Notes: a model not told the origin generated them from the sequence alone. A DNA stretch of 64,000 nt from Planctomycetota bacterium (GCA_038227875.1 JBBRPR010000014.1:96001-160000), one strand, 5' to 3'; positions 38,666-48,131 are shown, counted from the first letter of the stretch. Program-made: numbers and translations.

Positions 38666-39090
38666 TCGCTCCACGCTCGACTCGCTCCGACCGTGGGTGA
38701 AGAATCTCAGCCCAAACCCCAGCTCTCAATTCCCATCCTTGGCGTGGGGCATTTGTGTAACGAGTGTCGGTGGCCTCGGTGACGTCGCTCTACCGTACGG
38801 CTCTGGTCTTGCTCCGGCCATTGGGTGCCGTGCGTCCAAGGCCGTTTTGCGCCCCCATTTTAGGAGCATCCGGCATTAGTCCGACGATCCCTTCCATAAA
38901 GATTCCTTTCCGTTCGTGCCGTTCTTTGCGATCCTTGCGGCTTTGCGTCTTTGCCAGAAAGTTGTGCGTCGTACGGCCGGACACGCTATGCCAGAAGCCT
39001 GCACAACTCCCCGCCGGGCGCCCCAGCATGGCGATCACGGGATGCTCCCGTTCACTTCATCGCGTAGCACGAAAACACCGTCGAGTAGCA

Positions 39091-39210
39091 ATCGCTCATT
39101 TACGCTCATTCCTGCTCATTCACGCTCATTTTGAATCATTCCTGCTCAAACACGCTCATTTCAGCTCATTTGCTATCATTCGCTCTCAAACCTGCTCAAA
39201 TTAGCTCATT
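39091..39210. repeat. Phased tandem array of 12 x 10 bp, consensus NNNGCTCA(TT/AA)
   Basis: atcgctcatt tacgctcatt cctgctcatt cacgctcatt ttgaatcatt cctgctcaaa cacgctcatt tcagctcatt tgctatcatt cgctctcaaa cctgctcaaa ttagctcatt. Confidence 0.9.
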
Positions 39211-39949
39211 CGCCAGATTTCCCTTGATTTTCGGGATCAATCACCGCTTATATATAAGGACACTTTCCGCATACCGAAGCTCTCTGCGCCTCACCCCGGC
39301 CAAGGAAATGAAAATGGGCAATGCGAGACGAAATACGAAATTCTCATAACTCCTTATAAGTCGAAAAATACTTAACTTTTACACACATAATTCCAAGATT
39401 TTACTTGACTTTTGCATTCCTCGATCGCATAGATATAGTAGGAAAATCACAAACTCCGCTACCTCCGCGCTCAACTCGCTCAGAACACCCAAACCCGTCC
39501 CGCTCCGCCAGACTATAGACCGAACCCATCCCAAGGAGGCCGCCCTGTAAACCACGATCGCGCTTCAGCCACTGCACGCCCGCTGTCGCGGCGCGAACGT
39601 CAGTTCAGCCCGCGACGGTGATCCGTCCACTGGAAAGGAAAGGAATGGAAAATGGAAAACGATCCGGGCCTGCCCCGAGCAAGCCTGTCGCAGGCCGAAG
39701 GCCTGCGTCGGGCGCGTCGAGGGGGTACAACAGCGCTGTTGTACGGGAAATTGAAACGGACTCGAAGCGTGTAACATTCTGTCACATTTCGTCACATTTA
39801 CCTATGAACCCCGTGTGGTACCCCAACCGCGATTTCGACCTCAATGTTACATCCGGACGCGATGCCGAGCTGAACGCGCGACCTGCCGTTCAATGGAAAA
39901 TGGCCCCGCTGCATTGAACCTCACGCGGCCTTATGCTAAAAAGGAAAAT

Positions 39950-40375
39950 ATGACAGCACCCAACAGACGCCACCGCATTCTCATCGCCAAACCCGGCCTC
40001 GACGGCCACGACCGCGGCGCCAAAGTCGTCGTCAAGGCGCTCTCCGAAGCCGGCTACGAAATCATCTACATCGGCCTCCATCAGGAACCGGAAGCCATCG
40101 TCGAAGCCGCTCTGCAGGAAGACGTCGAAGTCGTCGGGCTCTCCGTCCTCTCCGGCGCGCACATGACGCTCTTTCCGGCGGTCATCGACCTGCTGCGCAA
40201 GAACAACATGGGCGACGTCCTGGTCTTCGGCGGGGGCATCATTCCGCAACGCGATGTCGAAGCGCTGAAGGCCGCCGGCGTGGCGATGCTCTTTACGCCC
40301 GGCACCGACACCCGCGCGATCGTGGCTTATCTGGACGAGTACTTCGCAAAGAAGGATGCGACGCCGGCGGCGTAG
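39950..40375 (+). CDS. Cobalamin-binding small subunit of an acyl-CoA mutase (methylmalonyl/isobutyryl-CoA mutase C-terminal domain)
   Basis: [12 protein letters not shown] (DxHxxG), [28 protein letters not shown]. Confidence 0.92.
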   Translation: MTAPNRRHRILIAKPGLDGHDRGAKVVVKALSEAGYEIIYIGLHQEPEAIVEAALQEDVEVVGLSVLSGAHMTLFPAVIDLLRKNNMGDVLVFGGGIIPQRDVEALKAAGVAMLFTPGTDTRAIVAYLDEYFAKKDATPAA

Positions 40376-40419
40376 GCTGTTTTAGACGTGCCAGTCGTGG
40401 CCCAATGCGCGACGCTTAC

Positions 40420-40488
40420 TCCTCACCCCCGTCTCTCCTTCGACAGACTCAGGATCGCTCGGCCCTCTCCCTCAAAGCGGAGAGGGAA
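40420..40488. repeat. REP-like intergenic palindrome
   Basis: CCTCACCCC..CCCTCTCC-CTCAAAGC-GGAGAGGG with an embedded CCTTCGACAGACTCAGG motif. Confidence 0.55.
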
Positions 40489-40543
40489 CATCGGCTCTCC
40501 ACACGGAGACAGCGGTACAGGCAACAACGGGAGTTGGAACGAC

Positions 40544-41401
40544 ATGGCGGACATCAAATCGGTGGCGGTGATTGGCGCGGGGACCATGGGGTCCGGGATC
40601 GCGCAGGTGGCGGCGACGGGCGGGCTCTCCGTTACGCTCATTGACGTCTTGCCCGAAGCGCTGGCCAAAGGCGTGGCGCGCATCCAGGAATCGCTCGCCC
40701 GGGTCGTCAAGAAAGGCACGCTCTCCGAAGCCGACAGCCAGTTGGCTCAGCGGCGGATCTCCAGCTCCAGCGAACTCAACGACGCCAAGAGCGCCGACCT
40801 GGTGGTCGAAGCGATCTTCGAAGACGAAGCCGTCAAGCGCGCGACCTGGCAGAAACTCGATGGCATCTGCCGCCCCGACGCGATTTTGGCCTCGAACACC
40901 TCGAGCATCTCCATCACGAAGCTGGCGGCGGTGGTCCAGAATCCCGAGCGCTTCATCGGCATGCACTTCTTCAATCCGGTTCCGGTGATGAAGCTGGTCG
41001 AAGTCATCCGCGGCAACCGCACCACCGACGCGACCTGCGCGGCGGTCGTGGAACTCTCCAAGCGCCTGGGCAAGACGCCGATCGAAGTCAACGACTTCCC
41101 CGGCTTCGTCTCCAACCGCGTGCTGATGCCGCTGATCAACGAGGCGATCTTCGCCGTCTTCGAAGGCGTAGCCAAGCCTGAAGCCATCGACGAGATCTTC
41201 AAGCTCGGCATGGCGCACCCCATGGGCCCGCTGCAGCTGGCCGATTTCATCGGACTGGACGTCTGCCTGAACATCATGGAAGTCCTGCAGCGCGGCTTCG
41301 GCGACCCCAAGTACCGCCCCTGCCCCCTGCTGCGCCAGATGGTCGCATCCGGGAAACTCGGCCGAAAGAGCGGCACCGGTTTTTACGCCTATACGAAGTG
41401 A
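40544..41401 (+). CDS. hbd: 3-hydroxybutyryl-CoA dehydrogenase
   Basis: VIGAGTMGSGIAQ, ASNTSSISI, GMHFFNPVPVM, PGFVSNR, AHPMGPL. Confidence 0.95.
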   Translation: MADIKSVAVIGAGTMGSGIAQVAATGGLSVTLIDVLPEALAKGVARIQESLARVVKKGTLSEADSQLAQRRISSSSELNDAKSADLVVEAIFEDEAVKRATWQKLDGICRPDAILASNTSSISITKLAAVVQNPERFIGMHFFNPVPVMKLVEVIRGNRTTDATCAAVVELSKRLGKTPIEVNDFPGFVSNRVLMPLINEAIFAVFEGVAKPEAIDEIFKLGMAHPMGPLQLADFIGLDVCLNIMEVLQRGFGDPKYRPCPLLRQMVASGKLGRKSGTGFYAYTK

Positions 41402-41460
41402 AGGATATCAACTAACCGACAGGTCCAAGAGCCAAGAGCCAAGAGCCAGGAGCCATCCCC

Positions 41461-42234
41461 ATGCCCAACGGACTTCGAATCGAACGTGACGGCGACGTAG
41501 CCTCAATCGTGTTTGCGCGCGAGAAGGGGATCAACGTGCTCTCCTCCTGGCTGCTCAACGAACTCGACGCGGCGTGGACGGAGGCGACGCAGGGTTCGAC
41601 GCGCGTCTGCATCCTGCGCGGCGAAGGCAAGGCCTTCATGGCTGGTGCGGACATCAAGGAGATGTCGGCGCTGGACGGCAAATCAGCGCGCGAGTTCGCC
41701 GCACTCGGCCAGCGCGTCTTCGATAAGATCGAACACTCGCCGGTGGTCAGCATCGCGGCGATTCACGGCGCGGCCCTCGGCGGAGGCTGCGAACTGGCGC
41801 TGGCCTGCGACATTCGGCTGGGCTCCACGGGCATGCTGATCGGCCAGCCGGAAGTGAATCTCGGCCTGGTCCCAGGCTTCGGAGGCTCCCAACGCCTGCC
41901 CCGCGTGGTCGGCACCGGCTGGGCGCTGCGGATGATCCTGACCGGCGAGACCTTCAACGAGACCTCGGCTCATCAGGCCGGCTTGATCACTGAGTACGTC
42001 GACCCGGCGGCGCTGGTGGCTCATGCCCAGAAGCTGGCGCAGACGATTCTCAGTCGTGGGCCGAAGGCCGTTCAGATTGCAAAACGCCTCACGCGTCTAG
42101 CCTTTGATTTGCGCCAAGATGCGGGTCTCGAGACAGAACGCGACGCCTTTGGAGAGACGTTCGAGACCGGCGAAGCCCGGGAAGGGATGCAGGCATTCAT
42201 TGAGAAGCGTGCACCTAAGTTCAAGCACGAATGA
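41461..42234 (+). CDS. crt: Enoyl-CoA hydratase (crotonase)
   Basis: [32 protein letters not shown]; both catalytic Glu present. Confidence 0.92.
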   Translation: MPNGLRIERDGDVASIVFAREKGINVLSSWLLNELDAAWTEATQGSTRVCILRGEGKAFMAGADIKEMSALDGKSAREFAALGQRVFDKIEHSPVVSIAAIHGAALGGGCELALACDIRLGSTGMLIGQPEVNLGLVPGFGGSQRLPRVVGTGWALRMILTGETFNETSAHQAGLITEYVDPAALVAHAQKLAQTILSRGPKAVQIAKRLTRLAFDLRQDAGLETERDAFGETFETGEAREGMQAFIEKRAPKFKHE

Positions 42235-42310
42235 ATGTTATGTGATTTGTGATAGTCTCGGTGTAAAGCGGGGTATTGACTTCCGAGATCTTCCCGCTAC
42301 GTTCACATGT

Positions 42311-42505
42311 GCAGCCGAAAGCATTCTGAATACAGCACCCGCAGTGAACCTGCGGCTTCAGAGTGTTGCGGAGGACCCAACTTCCCTCGTACGGAGCCGA
42401 CTTCGGCACCTTAAGAGGGATGGGGCTCAGAACGGTGGGCAACCATCGCTTCAGGTCACTTCCATGACCTCGCCCGACAGCTAACTTCGCAGGCAATTGG
42501 AAGGG
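42311..42505 (+). ncRNA. c-di-AMP (ydaO/yuaA) riboswitch
   Basis: GCCGAA..GCGGAGGACCCA..TGGGG..CCCGACAGCTAACTTCGCAGGC core motifs; loop CTTCCA (42459-64) complementary to TGGAAG (42498-503), the expected pseudoknot; lies upstream of a KimA-like gene. Confidence 0.88.
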
Positions 42506-42682
42506 CAATCCTCTTAGTCCACCTCATCACAGGTGGATTCAAGGTTACCCTACACTAAATCGTATTAGGAAACGGTTAAATTAATGCCTGGCGGCATTAA
42601 GAGCCCGTTAACGGCGTGATCACGCCCCATGGCTTTGTGGGTCGTGCAAGGCTGCGAAGTGCAGCAAAAGGATGAGTTCGCA

Positions 42683-44719
42683 ATGTTCGCAAAGTTGAAA
42701 TTGTTGCTGGTGGGCAAGCCCAAGGACATCGACGACCCGGAGCTATTCCACAGTTTGACGCTGATCGCCTTCCTGGCGTGGGTCGGACTGGGCGCAGACG
42801 GGTTGAGCTCCTCGGCCTACGGTCCCGAAGAAGCCTTCAAAGCGCTCAATGGGCATTGGTATCTGTCCATCTTTCTGGCCGCGGCCGTGGCGATGACGGT
42901 GTTCATCATCTCGCTGGCGTATACGGGGATCATCGAACACTTCCCGTCCGGCGGCGGCGGTTACGTGGTCGCGACCAAACTGCTGGGTGAGAAATTCGGC
43001 CTGATCTCCGGCTCGGCACTGCTGATCGATTACATCCTGACGATTACGACCTCGATCGCTTCCGGCATGGAAGCCATCTTCAGTTCACTCCCGTCGCAGG
43101 AATTCGATCTCTTCGGCCATCACTTCAACCTGACCGGCTGGCATGTGCCGATGGAAGTCGGCGCGATCGTGGTGCTGATCATCCTCAATCTGCGCGGGCT
43201 CAAAGAGTCCATCAACGTCCTTGTGCCCATCTTCCTGCTCTTCCTGGCCACGCACATCATTCTTCTCGGCTCAGCCTTCTTCCAGAAGGCCGGCGAGATT
43301 CCGCAGGCGGTGCATGCCGTTTCGCACGATATCCACCAAGGCCTGTCCAGTCCGGAGCTGGGTTTCATCGGCATGTTCCTGATCTTCGTCCATGCGTATT
43401 CGATGGGCGCCGGTACGTTCACGGGAATTGAAGCCGTTTCCAACGGTCTGCAGATCATGCGCGAACCCCGAGTGAAAACCGGCAAGCGCACCATGATCTA
43501 CATGGCCATCTCGCTGGCCATCTGCGCCGGCGGCATTTTGCTCGCCTACCTGATGTACCACGTGGGCGACGCGGCGGCGCTTCCCGAGAACAAGGACATG
43601 ACTTTCAACGCCATTCTGTTGAAAGAGATGACCAGTGGCTGGAGCTTCGGGCGCTGGTTCATGGTGATTACGCTTGTGGCCGAAGCCGCGCTGCTGACGG
43701 TCGCGGCGCAGACGGGCTTCATCGACGGCCCGCGCGTCATGGCCAACATGGGTCTGGATTCCTGGCTGCCGCACCGCTTCAGCTCGCTCTCCGAACGTCT
43801 GACCATGCACTACGGCATCCTGTTGATGGGCGTGTTGTCCATCGGCGCGCTGCTGGTCACAGGCGGCAGCGTCGCGATGCTGGTGACGATGTACTCGATC
43901 AACGTGTTCATCACGTTCTCGCTCTCTACTTTCGGCATGTGCAAGTTCTACTTCTCAGAACGGAAGAAGCGCAATCACTGGAAGAAGGGCTTCTCCATTC
44001 AGCTCGTGGCGTTCGTGCTCTGCTTCACGATCCTGTGCGTCAACATCGTGGTGAAGTTCTGGCTCGGCGCGTGGATGACGCTGGTCGTCACCTCGCTCCT
44101 GATCGGAATGTGCATCGCCATTCACAGTTATTACAAGAAAGTCTACGCCAACCTCGGCCTGCTCTCCGTCGACGTTGAGATTCCGCCGATCACCGAGACT
44201 CCGCCCGCGAAGTTGGATATCAAGAAGTCCACGGCGGTGCTGCTCGTCGGCGGCTACGGTGGATTGGGTGTCCACGCGCTGGCGCAGGTGATCCGGCTCT
44301 TCCCCGATCATTTCAAACAAATCGTCTTCGTCTCCGTCGGCATCATCGACTCCGGCAACTTCAAAGGCGCCGAAGAATCCGAACGCCTCAAGCAGCAGAC
44401 CGAAGAAAATCTGCAGAAGTACGAAGCGCTGGCTCGCCGTTTCGGTCTGGCCGCCGACAGCATGATGATGATCGGGCAGGACCCGGTCGCCGGCATCGAA
44501 GAACTCTGCGTCGAAGTCGCGTTGCGCTACCCGAAGTCCACGTACTTCGCCGGACAGCTGGTCTTCCAGCGCGATGCGTGGTACCAGCGGTTGCTCCACA
44601 ATGAAACCGCGTTCGCCGTGCAGCGCCGCCTGCAGTGGCAGGGCCTCCCGATGGTCGTGCTGCCCGTGCGCGTTTGGGGCAAAAAGAAGAAAGCGCGAAC
44701 GACGGGAATCGATATCTAA
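42683..44719 (+). CDS. kimA: APC-superfamily potassium transporter, KimA/YdaO-like
   Basis: DGLSSSAYGPEE, PSGGGGY, LLIDYILT, NLRG..ES, TGIEAVSNG, about 12 TMs plus a cytoplasmic domain ending LHNETA. Confidence 0.88.
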   Translation: MFAKLKLLLVGKPKDIDDPELFHSLTLIAFLAWVGLGADGLSSSAYGPEEAFKALNGHWYLSIFLAAAVAMTVFIISLAYTGIIEHFPSGGGGYVVATKLLGEKFGLISGSALLIDYILTITTSIASGMEAIFSSLPSQEFDLFGHHFNLTGWHVPMEVGAIVVLIILNLRGLKESINVLVPIFLLFLATHIILLGSAFFQKAGEIPQAVHAVSHDIHQGLSSPELGFIGMFLIFVHAYSMGAGTFTGIEAVSNGLQIMREPRVKTGKRTMIYMAISLAICAGGILLAYLMYHVGDAAALPENKDMTFNAILLKEMTSGWSFGRWFMVITLVAEAALLTVAAQTGFIDGPRVMANMGLDSWLPHRFSSLSERLTMHYGILLMGVLSIGALLVTGGSVAMLVTMYSINVFITFSLSTFGMCKFYFSERKKRNHWKKGFSIQLVAFVLCFTILCVNIVVKFWLGAWMTLVVTSLLIGMCIAIHSYYKKVYANLGLLSVDVEIPPITETPPAKLDIKKSTAVLLVGGYGGLGVHALAQVIRLFPDHFKQIVFVSVGIIDSGNFKGAEESERLKQQTEENLQKYEALARRFGLAADSMMMIGQDPVAGIEELCVEVALRYPKSTYFAGQLVFQRDAWYQRLLHNETAFAVQRRLQWQGLPMVVLPVRVWGKKKKARTTGIDI

Positions 44720-44964
44720 GGACTAGCAGGCGTCCCGCCTGCAACGTTTGTGCAACTTGGATCTTCCCAAACTTGCCCGTTGCTTCTCACGGGCCAGCAG
44801 CCCGTTGATAAAACTCCGCCTGCGCCGCGAAACGCCTTTACTGCCAGGCGTTTCACGGAGAAAATTGGCGGAATTAGCCTTTTCAACGGGCTGCCAGGGA
44901 CAAGAATGCTGATGTAGTCCGCTCTTTGGAACGTCCAACCAAGTAGGGACGCGGGAGTCGGTGG

Positions 44965-46845
44965 ATGAATTCAGCGCGGCAAAGCATTCTCTGGACGGCG
45001 GGGCTGTTGTTGAGCCTTGGGGTTGTTCATGCCGAAGACCTGGTCCGCACCGTGGAATTCCGCGACGGCACGGTGTTGACGGTGACGCTCCCCGACGCGA
45101 ACGTCAGTGCGACGCTGCGTGAAGATGGAGCGGTCAAGCCCGCGCAACTCAAGCTCTCGGACCTGTCGGAACTCGCCTTCGCCAAAAAGCCGCAGTTGGA
45201 TGAAGGCAAGCGCTTCGCCGCGCTGATCGAAGACCTCGGCAACGACGACTTCACTGTCCGCGAGAACGCCGAACGTGACCTGCGCGCAGCCGGTACGAAT
45301 GCGCGTGCTGATCTCGACGCCGCGAGCACCCAGGAGCTCGACCCGGAAACCAAGGCGCGCGTGGTTCGCCTGCGCTCCTATCTGCCGCCCCCTTCGGAGC
45401 TCGAAACCGCCGGCGGTTACTTCGATCCCGTCACATTCACTGCCACCCACAAGAAAGTCCAGGCCGACACCGCCGGCTTGTCGCTGATCGGAACTTACCA
45501 GGGCCATGCCGTGAAACTCGACCGCACGACCGTCGCCAAACTGCGCCTGCCCGCCGCTACGGTAGCCGAAGCGCCACCGCCGACCGGCCCGGTCACCACC
45601 CGGATCGCCGAAGATGGGCCGGAAGCATTCGGCAAGGACACCACCCGCATCGATTTCGAGACCGCGCCCGACGGCACGGCGCTGACGGCCGGCATGGACA
45701 TTGGCCAGACGTTCGTGCCGAAGGGATTCACGCTCGCGACGTCATATGAAGACTCGTTCGTTTCCGTGAACAACTACAACGTCCGCGGCCCGAGTGGGGG
45801 AAACTCCTGCGCCACGCACAACCCGCTCTGGAACGGCGTCGTCACCATCCGCTTCTGCGTGCCCGGTCAGCCGAAGGTTCCCGCCGGAGTCACGCGCGTC
45901 GGATTGTGGATCGCCGAAGTCGCGCCCGACGGCACAGCGCTGGAGGCCTACGATTCCCGTGGCCAGCGCATCGCGGAAATCAAGGTCGTCAAGCAGGGCA
46001 ACGATTTTCTGGGCGTCAGGAGCTCCGTGCCGATCGCGTATGTCAAGATTGTTCCCAACATGGCCATCGATCCCAACTACACATTCGATGATCTCGTCTA
46101 CGATACGCCGCGCCCCTTCACGTTTGTGCCGCACGAGAAGTTGTTCACGATTCAGACCCGGCAGGGTAACAAGATCCTGGCGAAGAGCACGACCGTCTCG
46201 GTCACCACCAGCAAGCTTCACAGCACGGATCTGGCCGTGGGCATCGAGACGCTCGACTTGCCGCTGGCCGATGTCGCCACCGTGCTCACGCCGATGAGCA
46301 ACTGGAAAGTCCAGCCGCTGGTCAAAGGCTGCTGGTTGAAGTTGCGCGACGGCTCGGTGCTCCATGCCGGTTTGGAAGACGGCCCCGTCTGTACGCGGCT
46401 ACCGCTGAAGGTCTCGCCGCAGACAGTTTCGGCGATGTGGGGCGACGCTGGCGAATTCGTCGAGCTGCCGCCAAAGGTCGCGATTCCGGAAGGCGGTGGC
46501 GTTTACGTCGACAAGAAAGGCTCGCTGGCCTTCACCGCATGGAAATTCGGCAAGCAGTTCATCGACGAGCCGCACTTCCATCCCGAAGGCGACCCCGATC
46601 AACGCTGGAGCCTGGTGCGCTACGAGACCGCGGCGACGACCTGGTTTTCGCCCGATCCTGTGATCGCGGCCACTTCCGGCCGCATCCTGTTGCTAACGGG
46701 AGAAACCTTCGTCCTCGGCACCGATTCCACGACCGGCTTCACGCTCGAAGCGTGGACGGAGGCTGAACTGATCGTGAAACACGGCACGGATCTGGTCCGC
46801 ATCCCGGTGGGGGAGATTTTGTCGGTCACGTTGCCGACGAAGTAG
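44965..46845 (+). CDS. Secreted hypothetical multidomain protein
   Basis: Signal peptide (..GVVHA); HEAT-like LIEDLGNDDFTVRENAERDL; beta-rich central domain (RIDFE..FDDLVY). Confidence 0.78.
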   Translation: MNSARQSILWTAGLLLSLGVVHAEDLVRTVEFRDGTVLTVTLPDANVSATLREDGAVKPAQLKLSDLSELAFAKKPQLDEGKRFAALIEDLGNDDFTVRENAERDLRAAGTNARADLDAASTQELDPETKARVVRLRSYLPPPSELETAGGYFDPVTFTATHKKVQADTAGLSLIGTYQGHAVKLDRTTVAKLRLPAATVAEAPPPTGPVTTRIAEDGPEAFGKDTTRIDFETAPDGTALTAGMDIGQTFVPKGFTLATSYEDSFVSVNNYNVRGPSGGNSCATHNPLWNGVVTIRFCVPGQPKVPAGVTRVGLWIAEVAPDGTALEAYDSRGQRIAEIKVVKQGNDFLGVRSSVPIAYVKIVPNMAIDPNYTFDDLVYDTPRPFTFVPHEKLFTIQTRQGNKILAKSTTVSVTTSKLHSTDLAVGIETLDLPLADVATVLTPMSNWKVQPLVKGCWLKLRDGSVLHAGLEDGPVCTRLPLKVSPQTVSAMWGDAGEFVELPPKVAIPEGGGVYVDKKGSLAFTAWKFGKQFIDEPHFHPEGDPDQRWSLVRYETAATTWFSPDPVIAATSGRILLLTGETFVLGTDSTTGFTLEAWTEAELIVKHGTDLVRIPVGEILSVTLPTK

Positions 46846-47016
46846 CGACTGGTAACCAGGACTGTCAATGGTTGTCCGGCTCGCTTCGAGGTCATATAAG
46901 CTTCGGCAGGGGGGACGTCTGTCCTGGAGCTTCTTGTTGCTAACGCAACCCGGCCCGAGGGGTCGGGCCACCCTGCGAAAATTTCGTCGTCTGACTTATT
47001 AGGATGCTCAATCCCT

Positions 47017-47050
47017 AAAAAAGAACTCGCCGCAAAACGCGGCGAGTTCT
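47017..47050 (-). terminator. Intrinsic terminator
   Basis: AGAACTCGCCGC/GCGGCGAGTTCT stem with a T run on the minus strand, downstream of 47094-48104. Confidence 0.75.
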
Positions 47051-47093
47051 GACTGCTTTCCGTTCTGGCCCCTGGCCCCTGGCTCCTGCCGTT

Positions 47094-48104
47094 CTACAGC
47101 TCCGCGATCGTGACTTCGCGCTTTTCTTTGGCGCTCTTGACGGCGGCGAAGACCATGCCCATCGACTTCAGATTGTCTTCGGCGTTGCACTCCGGCTGGC
47201 GGTCTTCCTTCAACGCGCTGATGAATTCGGCCAGCAGCGCTTTCGGACCTCCGGTGCGTTCGTTGTTGTCGGTCGGCAGCTTTTCGCGCACCTTTTTATC
47301 CGTGCGGTGGGACTGCGTATGATAAAGGTCGAAGCCTTCCCACGTAATGGTGCCCTTCGGTCCTTCGAAGCGCCATTCGCCGTTGTGGCCGGCGGGTACG
47401 TGGCCGACGGTGCAGCCGACGCCGCGGTGTGTGCCGATCACGCCGTTGGTGAAACGGAAGAGGATCAACTGACACGCATCGCCCTGGTGCCAGCCCCACG
47501 GCAGATTCCACGTGATCGCTTGCGCGCTCAGCGGATCGAGACCCAGCGTGTAGCGCATCATGTCGAAGTGGTGGATGCCCATGTCGGTGAGAAACATGAA
47601 CGGCTGCGTGACGTAATGCGAGCCCGGAAGATCGGCCCACGGCACGTAGAGCGAAACGTCCAATTGCCCGACGGTGCCGATGATGCCTTCTTTAAGCAGC
47701 CGGTTGGTCGTGCGCGGCAGACCGGCGAAGCGATAATTCTGCGTGATCATGTGCTTCACGCCCGCGCGCTTGCCGGCGGCGACTACGCGCTTAGCGGCCG
47801 CGTAATCGTCGCTCAGCGGTTTCTCGCCGAGGACATGGAGCTTGTTTTCAAACGCCGTCATCGCGACGCGTTCGTGAACGGCCGGTGGCGTGACGTCGAC
47901 GATGAAGTCCGCCTTCGTCGCCTTGATCGCGGCGCTCAGGTCGTCGTAGAGCTGTTCCTTCTTGACGCCCAGCTCGCCGATCGCGCGCTTCTTGTTGTTC
48001 TCACCGGGCTCCACGCATGCAACGACTTCAACATCCGGATTTTCGCGGCAGTCCTTGAGCCAGCCGGCGCCACGACCACCCAGACCTACGATGATTGCTT
48101 TCAT
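47094..48104 (-). CDS. Gfo/Idh/MocA family oxidoreductase
   Basis: VGLGGRG, HVLGEKPL, QNYRF, DMGIHHFD; AAGGAG RBS. Confidence 0.92.
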   Translation of the reverse strand: MKAIIVGLGGRGAGWLKDCRENPDVEVVACVEPGENNKKRAIGELGVKKEQLYDDLSAAIKATKADFIVDVTPPAVHERVAMTAFENKLHVLGEKPLSDDYAAAKRVVAAGKRAGVKHMITQNYRFAGLPRTTNRLLKEGIIGTVGQLDVSLYVPWADLPGSHYVTQPFMFLTDMGIHHFDMMRYTLGLDPLSAQAITWNLPWGWHQGDACQLILFRFTNGVIGTHRGVGCTVGHVPAGHNGEWRFEGPKGTITWEGFDLYHTQSHRTDKKVREKLPTDNNERTGGPKALLAEFISALKEDRQPECNAEDNLKSMGMVFAAVKSAKEKREVTIAEL

Positions 48105-48131
48105 TTAGTTTGCTCCTTTAGAGGAAATGAT

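Noticed and set aside
38910..38955. Degenerate 8-9-bp repeat (CTTTGCG-type)
   Set aside because: Short, low-complexity intergenic filler with no further structure evident.
39091..39210. CRISPR array
   Set aside because: Units are only 10 bp with 3-bp variable parts, and no cas genes are present.
39230..39450. Chromosomal replication origin
   Set aside because: AT-rich, but no clear DnaA boxes (TTATCCACA-like) and no dnaA/dnaN/gid context.
39530..39660. Possible cobalamin riboswitch upstream of the B12-binding gene (CTGTAA..CAGCCACTG)
   Set aside because: I could not find the upstream GGGAA/GGTG..AA.CC elements or the 3' B12 box (AG.CAG.A.ACC); two short matches are not enough.
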